Assembly (NCBI GenBank): GCA_964016885.1
Contig: OZ024754.1
Coordinates: forward strand, 21,142,001-21,206,000
Length of the DNA: 64,000 nt
Direction of reading: 5' to 3'
From: Eledone cirrhosa
Taxonomy: Eukaryota
Under the pieces are notes generated by a model, which had not been told where the DNA came from, did not search any database, and was given only the letters and a program-made list of their open reading frames with translations. Positions 43,234 through 52,239 of the stretch are shown here, in pieces. Numbering within the stretch: the first letter of the stretch is position 1; each line of letters begins with the position of its first letter. Both the position numbers and the translations under genes were made by a program.

Positions 43234-43339
43234 AAGCTTTGTCACTGTCAAGTGAAGAAACTGAAGTTGCATCATTAACAGAACTTTCATCAGTTGTGTT
43301 TGAAAATGAGGAAGTCTTCAGGTTGGTTTTCTTTAGTTC
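43229..43339 (-). CDS. CFAP36: CFAP36 exon 7 (111 nt, Ser/Thr-rich linker)
   Basis: ttgttttatag acceptor, gtaagt donor, open phase-0 frame ELKKTNLKTSSFSNTTDESSVNDATSVSSLDSDKALS; supported by splice signals and frame rather than homology. Confidence 0.7.
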
Positions 43340-43377
43340 CTATAAAACAACAGAAAGATATGAAATTGGAAAGGACA

Positions 43378-43470
43378 TATACAGGTAGTCTGATAGTGTT
43401 GACTAATAATACAGACATCAGATCCGATAATACAGGCAGTCTGATAGTGTTGACTAATAATACAAACATG
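43378..43470. repeat. 51-bp minisatellite, left part (~2 copies)
   Basis: aatacaggcagtctgatagtgttgactaataatacagacatcagatc(c/t)gat; continues at 47638. Confidence 0.85.
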
Positions 43471-43478
43471 TCCTGTTC

Positions 43479-43667
43479 AAGGGCGGTGGATTGACAGTAT
43501 CGGTAGAGGGTCGGACACCATGCTTTATAGCATAGAGTTACGCCCCTTTATGATCTGAGTTCAAATCCCGCCGAGGTTAACTTTGCCTTTCATCCTTACG
43601 GGGTCGATAAAATAAAGTACCAGTAATGTACTGGGTAATTGCTGGCCTTGTGCCAAAAGTAGAAACA
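43479..43667 (+). mobile_element. tRNA-derived SINE, copy 1
   Basis: A-box-like tgacagtatcggt, B box gagttcaaatcc, core gcctttcatccttacggggtcgataaaataaagtaccag (Nin/Deu-type core), (att)n tail; multiple copies in window. Confidence 0.9.
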
Positions 43668-43684
43668 ATTATTACTGTTGCTAT

Positions 43685-43874
43685 AAGGGCGGTAGATTGG
43701 CAGTATCGGTAGAGGGTTGGACGCCATGCTTTGTAGCATAAAGTTACGTCCCTTTACGGTCTGAGTTCAAATCCCGCTGAAGTTAACTTTGCTTTTCATC
43801 CTTATGGGGTTGATAAAATAAAGTACCAGTAATGCACTGGGATAATTGCTGGCCTTGTGCCAAAACTAGAAATA
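43685..43874 (+). mobile_element. tRNA-derived SINE, copy 2 (tandem to copy 1)
   Basis: Same family as 43479-43667; flanked by 17-bp direct repeat attatta(c/t)tgttgctat. Confidence 0.9.
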
Positions 43875-44174
43875 ATTATTATTGTTGCTATTATCATTTC
43901 ACTTGCTTTCAACAACGTATATACTTCGACCTTGTTTTTCAAAGGAAAGCACGTTGGTCATTATGTCTCTCTCTCTCTCTCTCCTTACGAAAGTCATACC
44001 CTATCCCTTACCCATTACCCCCCTTCTTTCTCATTCATTTCGAGGTTTACGAAGCCAGACACAGACTTTTGATTTCTGAAAGGCAAAATGGATTACTAAA
44101 TATTTCATATTCGCCTTGTCTAATATGCCTACTTATACCAGCTTATTTCACCCAAATCTCCTGTGATGTTATAC

Positions 44175-47100
44175 GCCATGATGGCTACCTATCTAACAAT
44201 TCCCTCAAGCCCACCCCTTCACACCACCATAGGCTGTTCGACCAATCAAACTTCAGCAACATGTTCCCACCCATTACCAGCCCCAACAAACTCTGCCATT
44301 ACTACTACTGTTCTTCTAGCCCTGCACCAAAAAATTCCTTTACTGTTATGTATGGATGAGCTGAGGATAAATGGAACAACCCCGAATTAATAAATGAATA
44401 TGAATCTGTGAGTTACCAAGCACCCATGCAAAGCTTTAATTCAGAGACAGGAAGCATACACACCCTGCCGCAAAAATTCACCCTTTCCCACGAATGATGG
44501 CAAATGCCCAAAACTCCAAGTTGGAACCATCAACATAAGCACAATGAAAGGAAGAGCAGGAGAAATTGTAGAGATGCTAGAGCAAAAGAAAATTGATGTA
44601 TGCTGTGTGCAAGACACTAGATGGAGAGGAGAATCTGCTAGAGTCCTTGTAGGCAAAAATCAGTGCTACAAATTTTTCTCGTTGAGAAATGACAACAGGA
44701 TAGATGGTGTAGGTATACTATTAGCTGACAATTGGGTAGATAAGGTAATCTCAGTGAACAGGGTGAACGCAAGTATCATTAAACTCAGACTAGTCCTGAA
44801 TAAAACAATTGCTACAATCATATCAGCTTACGCACCCCAATCGGGGTTTCCAGACGAACTTAAGGAAAGGTTTTACGAGTCCCTAATGCACACTACTGCT
44901 CTAACAAACAACAGTGACTTCCTAATCATTGCAGAGGACTTTAACGGACATGTTGGGAAACACCATGAAGGCTTCAATAGAGTCCATGGAGGCTACGGGT
45001 TTGGCGCAAGAATTGAAGACGGCTTCAGGCTTCTAGAATTCTGCGACGCCAATGACATGTCGATATGTAACACAAACTTCAAAAAACCCGAAAACCACCT
45101 GATCACCTATAGATCAGGGGAGCATTCTAGTCAGATAGATTTTATCCTCATCAAAGGACGAGATAGATGGACGGTTGTAAACACAAAAGCCTTCCCTGGT
45201 GAGGAATGTACCTCCCAACATAACTTAGTTGTCAGCGACCTCATTGTCAGAACTAGACGAGCTTGGAAATAGAAAGCAACCTGGAGAAGAAAGATCTGGA
45301 AGCTGAAACACCCCTCAGCCAGTAACAGATTTAAAGATATTTTACTCAACGCCTACGACAGTAAAGAAGAACAGATAGAGACATTCAATGTAGAAAATCA
45401 CTGGGAGTTCCTAAAAAATAACTTACTAAAGATGACAGACGAGATTTTTGGTTGGAACAAGACCACAGGGAAGAGGAGAGTAACTTGGTGGTGGGACAAT
45501 AAGGTAGATGAGGCAGTTAAGGCGAAGAGACAGGCATGGAAAGAATGGAAGAACAGGGGAAGCAGGGTACATTACATAGAGACCAGGAGGGAAGCTAGGT
45601 GACAAGTACACTTAGCTAGGAGGGAAGCAGAGGATAGAAAATTCAAGCATGTTTTGAAAAGTGGGGACCAGAAACAGGAGGTGTTCAAGATGGCGAAGCA
45701 GTGTGTTAGAGAAAATTGTGATGTCATTGGAGAGAAGTGTGTCCGGAATGATAAAGGGGAGCTTGCCCTCACAAGTGCCAAGAAGAAAGATGCGTGGAAG
45801 AGCCATTATGAAAGATTACTAAATGAGGAGAATGCATGGGAGTAATACAAGTCAGCAGCAACATAGTAAGTAAGGCAAGTGAAGACTGGGAAGGGAACCG
45901 GTCCATCGGGTATAGCTGCCGAGATGTTGAAAACATCTGGGTTGGTAGGTCACACCATAACCACACGTATTGTTAACCAGGTAATACTAGGTATCATACC
46001 AAAGGATTGGTGCAGCAGCACCATTGTCAACTGCTACAAGGGTAAAGATGACGCACTAGATAGAGGAAACTATAGAGGTATAAAGTTAATCGACCAGGTC
46101 ATGAAAGTAACGGAAAGAGTTATAGCACAGTTGATTAGGGACCGGGTAAAACTAGATGAGATGCAATTTGGGTTTGTGCCAGGAAAAGGCACCACTGATG
46201 CCCTCTTCCTTGTGAGGCAGTTACAGGAAAAGTATCTAGCTAAAAGTAAGCCACTCTACCTAGTATTTGTCGATCTGGAAAAAGCCTTCGACAGGGTGCC
46301 ATGTGCTATAATCTGGTGGGCTCTTAGAAAACTAAGAGTAGATGAATAGCTTGTGAAAGCTGTACAATCCATGTATAGGGGAGCAGTCAGCAAAGTTAGG
46401 ATTAGCAATGACTATAGCGAGAAATTTTGCATACAGGTTGGTGTCCACCAGGGCTCTGTACTTAGCCCTCTCCTGTTCATTATAGTATTGTAGGCAATAC
46501 CAGAGGAGTTTAAGACCGGATGCCCATGGGAACTCCTATATGTGGATGATCTCACACTTATAGCTGAATCTATGGAGGAACTAGAGAAGAAATTCCAAAC
46601 TTGGAAGCAGGGACTAGAAAGAAAGAGTCTCAAAGTCAACCTGACAAAGACTAAGGTCCTTGTAAGTAGACGAGAAAAGAGTATACAGATCCCCTCAGGG
46701 AAATGTCCTTGCTCAGTATGTAGGAAAGGTGTAGGTAGGAACTCCATTCGCTGCCCCAAATGAAAACAATGGGTACATAAGAGATGTAGTGGGATCTCAG
46801 GAAGCTTAACTAAGAATGTAGGCTTCAGATGTAGCAGCTGCACTGGGACAGCAAGCAACAAATGGCCACAGGAAACAAGCACCACCAAACTCTGGGCAGG
46901 CTCTGTAGAAACAGTAGGCAGCTTTTGCTACCTAGGTGACCGAATTAACAGTGGAGGTGGGTGTTCAGAAAGTACAATAACTAGGGTAAGAACAGGATGG
47001 AAGAAGTTCAGGGAGCTACTAGCACTGCTAGCTGCAAAAGGCTATACCCTCAAAATGAAAGGAAGATTGCATGATGCGTGCATATGAACAGCAATGCTAC

Positions 47101-47637
47101 ATGGTAGTGAGACCTGGGCATTGTGTATAGAAGACTTGCGTAGATTAGAAAGAAACAAAGCTTGCATGCTCCGTTGGATGTGTAATAGTAATATATGCGA
47201 ACAGCAAAGCATAAACGAATTGAGAGAGAGACTGAGGAATCAAATGCTGTGTGCAGGAGAGGAGGTTGCGTTGGTATGGACATGTGATGCGTATGAAGGA
47301 TGACAGCTACATAAAAAGGTGCAGAGCACTAGAAGTTAATGGAAGTCGTGTAGTGGGGAGACTTAAGAAGACCTGGGATGAGGTGATAAAAGCTGACCTT
47401 ACCCAATTGCACCTCTCAAAGGCGATGACACACGACCGTGACCTCTGGCGTCACACAGTAATACAGAAGACCCGACTTCCCAGGGATACAAGCCAAAGCT
47501 GAAGCATATAGATAATCAGTTCCCGTATGAGCAAGACAAGGTCACCCGACTGGATACTGCCCACAACAGGACAACCTGTCTAACCCATGCTAGCGTGGAA
47601 GAACGGACGTAAAACAGCGATGATGATGATAATGATG
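44175..47637 (+). mobile_element. RTE-clade LINE, near full length, decayed (APE endonuclease + RT), in CFAP36 intron 6, antisense to host
   Basis: APE motifs (VGTINI, CCVQDTRW, SAYAPQ, DFNGHVG, QIDFIL), RT motifs (NYRGIKL, QFGFVPGKGTTDA, FVDLEKAFD, GVHQGSVLSP, YVDD), MLHGSETW, RRLRWYGHV; many stops and frameshifts; (gat)n tail; 5' limit taken where homology with the 52240 copy begins. Confidence 0.95.
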
Positions 47638-47800
47638 ATCAGATCCGATAATACAGGCAGTCTGATAGTGTTGACTAATAATACAGACATCAGATCTGAT
47701 AATACAGGCAGTCTGATAGTGTTGACTAATAATACAGACATCAGATCTGATAACACAGGCAGTCTGATAGTGTTGACTAATAATACAGACATCAGATCCA
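47638..47800. repeat. 51-bp minisatellite, right part (~3 copies)
   Basis: Same unit as 43378-43470. Confidence 0.9.
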
Positions 47801-47819
47801 ATGCTGGATCAGATCTGAT

Positions 47820-47900
47820 TAGACCTGGTTTGTCTCACAACAGGGCAAATTCTCTAACCGATGCTAGCATGGAAAATGGATGTTAAATGGTGATGATGCT
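47820..47900 (+). mobile_element. Short RTE 3' tail remnant
   Basis: tctaaccgatgctagcatggaaaatggatgttaaatggtgatgatg matches LINE tails at ~47580 and ~56055. Confidence 0.7.
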
Positions 47901-48168
47901 GATATATATCTATCTCTATATATATATACACACACATATATACCAAATTATTATTATTAACTCCTTCATTACTATATTTCTAATGAAAATGGTGTTTGGA
48001 ACATAACTCAGTAAAGGTCCTTACATAATATTATGATGGAAAGTTTTAAAATATACAGCTGTGCATTATAGAATCAGGGGCCATTTCAAGTGGTTTTGTA
48101 TCAGAAGAGTTACTTTATATCCTCTATAACAGCCATGAATTGAAGAAATATGCTACTTACTCCTTATC

Positions 48169-48385
48169 TTAACCCTTTAGCATTTAAACTGGCCATATCT
48201 GACCAGAATTCTTTCACCTCTTTCTGTTCAAACTGGCCTTAACTGGCCACTCATACTGATGTTATGGTATTGTTCTCAAAATAAATTATAGCATCATCAA
48301 AATCTCGTAGATTCAATATTATGTCAGATAAAGCCTTTACCACTAAAATACAATAGTAAATATAATGTAAATGCTAAAGGGTTAA
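48169..48385. mobile_element. piggyBac-like MITE (TTAA-flanked)
   Basis: Perfect 18-bp terminal inverted repeat including TTAA: ttaaccctttagcattta / taaatgctaaagggttaa. Confidence 0.85.
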
Positions 48386-48391
48386 ATGTAA

Positions 48392-49268
48392 TCTATATAT
48401 ATAAAACTGTGGTTGTCTGTCTGTCTATCGATTTTTGGCACACATCTCCTCTTAGAATCTCTCACGGAATTGCACCGAAATTGATATACTTGTACATTGA
48501 GCCCTAGCGAAGACATCGGAAAAAAAAAATTTCAAATTGACCCGCCCTATGTGACGAAATCGAATATAATGTATCGATTTTTTAGCGTAAGTTATCAGTT
48601 ATTTCCCTTTGTTCTGTTTACATTGAGCGTCTTACGTAAAAAATTACGCTGGCTTTAACAGTTGTCGAGCCAGCAAAATATTGACCTGCAAAATTCATCA
48701 GTTCGAACACTAAGCTTCCGTTTTGCTTCATTTCCATTTAAAAGCATTTTAAAACAATATTTTTACTTGAAAACAAGTCTATTTAAAGACTACGTAAAAC
48801 AAGCAAATATTTCGTCGTTAGGCATGCAGACAGACAGTCGTGCAGACAGACAGTCGTGCAGAGAGGTGATATACGCGTGCAGACAGACAGTCGTGCAGAG
48901 AGGTGATATAGGCGTGCAGACAGACAGTCGTGCAGAGAGGTGATATAGGTGTGCAGACAGACATAACTGATAATTTGGTTACGTTAATGTTTTTATCTGC
49001 GTTGCAGTGTTTACATTTTCGATCTTTGTTAATAAATAACCAGTGCAGTTTTTATCCCCAGCATCCTCTTTTGTTATAACATTCGGGTTATCGTTATGTT
49101 TTCTTAACTTCATAAGGCATATTGTTGTTTGAGGGAATATTAATCAAAAACACCACATGCAAGTCTGCACAGTAGACACTACAGTTTTTAAGCCAAAAAA
49201 GAAACTTAACATTGTAACTTTAACACAGCTACTGAGCGACCCCGAGCAACGCCGGGCTTTACTGCTAG
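48392..49268 (+). mobile_element. Non-autonomous Helitron, copy 1
   Basis: 5' TC(TATATATATAAAA), 3' hairpin cccgagcaacgccggg then CTAG; preceded by A; internal (gcagacagacagtcgt..)n repeat. Confidence 0.88.
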
Positions 49269-49911
49269 TCTATATATATAAAGCTGTGGTTGTCTGTCTG
49301 TCTATCGATTTTTGGCACACATCTCCTCTTAGAATCTCTCACGGAATTGCACCGAAATTGCTATACTTGTACATTGAGCCCTAGCGAAGACATCGGAAAA
49401 AAAATATTTCAAATTGACCCACCCTATGTGACGAAATCGAATGTAATGTATCGATTTTTGAGCGTAAGTGACGAGTTATTTCCCTTTGTTCTGTTTACAT
49501 TGAGCGTCTTTCTGCGTGCAAAAATTAAAAAAATTACGCTGGCTTTCTCAGCGTTTAAAATGACATTAACACAATACACGAACAGTTGTCGAGCCAGCAA
49601 AATTTTGACCTGCAAAATTCATCAGTTCGAACACTAAGCTTCCGTTTTGCTTCATTTCCATTTAAAAGCCTTTTAAAACAATATTTTTACTTGAAAACAA
49701 GTCTATTTAAAGACTACGTAAAACAAGCAAATATTTCGTAAAAAAAAGCAAAAATTATATAAGTTTATTTAAAATATATGTATCTGTAAATTTCGTTAGG
49801 CGTGCAGACAGACAGTCGTTCAGACAGACTTTAAGCCAAAAAAGAAACTTAACATTGTAACTTTAACACAGCTACTGAGCGACCCCGAGCAACGCCGGGC
49901 TTTACTGCTAG
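49269..49911 (+). mobile_element. Non-autonomous Helitron, copy 2 (head-to-tail with copy 1)
   Basis: Starts TC immediately after the CTAG of copy 1; same subterminal hairpin + CTAG followed by T. Confidence 0.88.
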
Positions 49912-49935
49912 TAATATATAAAGGGATTTGATTAC

Positions 49936-50046
49936 TTTGGGAGAGCTTTCCACATCTGGTTCTTCAGTTTCCACATCTGGTTCTTCAGTTTCCACATTTT
50001 CAGAATCTTTGTCAGATTTGGTATCAGTTGTAAGATTCATCATTGC
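49936..50046 (-). CDS. CFAP36: CFAP36 exon 6 (111 nt, acidic linker)
   Basis: ttgttattcag acceptor, gtaatc donor, phase 0/0; AMMNLTTDTKSDKDSENVETEEPDVETEEPDVESSPK. Confidence 0.75.
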
Positions 50047-50107
50047 CTGAATAACAATAAAAATATACATTACAACTCCTCAACTGCATTACAACTGAAA
50101 TTTACAA

Positions 50108-50280
50108 ATAATTGTTTCTACTTTTGGCACAAGGCCAGCAATTACTCCAGTGCATTACTGATGCTTTATTTTATTGACCCCATAAGGATAAAGGCAAAGT
50201 TAATCTCAACAGGATTTGAACTCAGAACGTAAAGGGCCATAACTCTGTGTTGCAATACTGATGCTCTACCGATACTGACC
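50108..50280 (-). mobile_element. tRNA-derived SINE (same family, reverse orientation, internally deleted)
   Basis: Reverse complement of the SINE tail, core and B box (ggatttgaactc). Confidence 0.85.
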
Positions 50281-50416
50281 AAATAGTAATGGTTTTATTG
50301 TAGAAAAAAAACATCATCAATCATGTGTATAAGGAACCACAGGGGATTCATTAAACTGAAACTTCGATCTCTCATTTTGCACTTATGCTATAATAAAATA
50401 CACCAAGCACTATCTT

Positions 50417-51600
50417 TAAAGTGGCAGTGCTGGTGCCATGAGAAAATGAAAATGCATCCAGTGCACACTAAAGTGGCAGTGCTGATGCTACAATAAAATG
50501 CATCCAGTGCACACTAAAGTGGCAGTGCTGATGCTACAATAAAATGCACCCAGTGTGCTCTAAAGTGGCAGTGCTGATGCTACAATAAAATGCACCCAGT
50601 GTGCTCTAAAGTGGCAGTGCTGATGCTACAATAAAATGCATCCAGTGCACACTAAAGTGGCAGTGCTGATGCTACAATAAAATGCACCCAGTGCGCTCTA
50701 AAGTGGCAGTGCTGATGCTACAATAAAATGTACCCAGTGCACACTAAAGTGGCAGTGCTGATGCTACAATAAAATGCACCCAGTGTGCTCTAAAGTGGCA
50801 GTGCTGATGCTACAATAAAATGCATCCAGTGCACACTAAAGTGGCAGTGCTGATGCTACAATAAAATGCACCCAGTGCGCTCTAAAGTGGCAGTGCTGAT
50901 GCTACAATAAAATGCACCCAGTGTGCTCTAAAGTGGCAGTGCTTATGCTACAATAAAATGCATCCAGTGCACACTAAAGTGGCAGTGCTGATGCTACAAT
51001 AAAATGCACCCAGTGCGCTCTAAAGTGGCAGTGCTGATGCTACAATAAAATGCACCCAGTGTGCTCTAAAGTGGCAGTGCTGATGCTACAATAAAATGCA
51101 CCCAGTGTGCTCTAAAGTGGCAGTGCTGATGCTACAATAAAATGCACCCAGTGTGCTCTAAAGTGGCAGTGCTGATGCTACAATAAAATGCACCCAGTGT
51201 GCTCTAAAGTGGCAGTGCTGATGCTACAATAAAATGCACCCAGTGTGCTCTAAAGTGGCAGTGCTGATGCTACAATAAAATGCACCCAGTGTGCTCTAAA
51301 GTGGCAGTGCTGATGCTACAATAAAATGCACCCAGTGTGCTCTAAAGTGGCAGTGCTGATGCTACAATAAAATGCACCCAGTGTGCTCTAAAGTGGCAGT
51401 GCTGATGCTACAATAAAATGCACCCAGTGTGCTCTAAAGTGGCAGTGCTGATGCTACAATAAAATGCATCCAGTGCACACTAAAGTGGCAGTGCTGATGC
51501 TACAATAAAATGCATCCAGTGCGCTCTAAAGTGGCAGTGCTGATGCTACAATAAAATGCACCAGCCCACTATATAAAGTAGTAGTGCAGGGGCCACGAAA
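50417..51600. repeat. 46-bp minisatellite, ~24 copies, in intron 5
   Basis: Unit taaagtggcagtgctgatgctacaataaaatgca(c/t)ccagtg(tgct/caca)c; period 46 measured between 50469 and 50515. Confidence 0.97.
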
Positions 51601-51604
51601 AAAT

Positions 51605-51740
51605 GAGGTGATGATGGTAATAGTTATTGTTGTGGTGGTGGGGGTACTAATGGTGATGATGATGGTGGTGATAGTTGTTGTTGATAGTAGTGGTGTTGGT
51701 GGTGATAGTTGTTGTTATTGCTGTGATGGTGATGATGATT
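51605..51740. repeat. Degenerate (TGG/TGA/TTG)n trinucleotide tract
   Basis: Visible low-complexity triplets. Confidence 0.8.
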
Positions 51741-51761
51741 GCAAGAAATAGTCTCATTTAC

Positions 51762-51891
51762 CTGTTGTAGTTCTTCCTTCTGTTTGGTTTTCTCTTCAGC
51801 CAACACAACTGCTTCATCCTTAGTCAGAGACAAAATATCTTTAATCTTTAAATCACACTCACTCAACAGATCTTTGTTTTTCTTGCTTTCA
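51762..51891 (-). CDS. CFAP36: CFAP36 exon 5
   Basis: atttcccag acceptor, gtaaat donor; 130 nt completing the phase-2 codon of exon 4: (S)ESKKNKDLLSECDLKIKDILSLTKDEAVVLAEEKTKQKEELQQ (coiled-coil-like). Confidence 0.8.
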
Positions 51892-52239
51892 CTGGGAAAT
51901 AAATAGGAAAAAAAAACAAAAGATAACAGAGCAAAAGATACAAGAAAATAACAGAGAAATAAACCACTCTCTACGAACTCATCCTAAACCCAACTCATCT
52001 ATCCATTTCTTTCACTCATTAATTTCGGTGTATGTGAAGCTAGACGGCTTTATCAAATTCTCTCCATGGATTTTTAAAGATTTCCAACTTATGTCCCAGC
52101 CATCCATAGATTATTCTCACCACCACAGGTGCCAATTTGAAAATGTTCTGTATACATTATTATATTATTATCATTCGTTTGTTACCACAAAGTATATATT
52201 TCGGTTTTCTTTTCAAAATAAAGGATGTTGGACCCCAAT

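Noticed and set aside
43479-43580. tRNA gene
   Set aside because: A/B boxes belong to a multi-copy SINE head; no cloverleaf is evident
47580-47886. ORFs with 17-aa repeats
   Set aside because: Translation of the 51-bp intronic minisatellite
51624-51761. His/Gln/Pro-rich extension of exon 5 in the ORF track
   Set aside because: Lies past the gtaaat donor in a trinucleotide microsatellite
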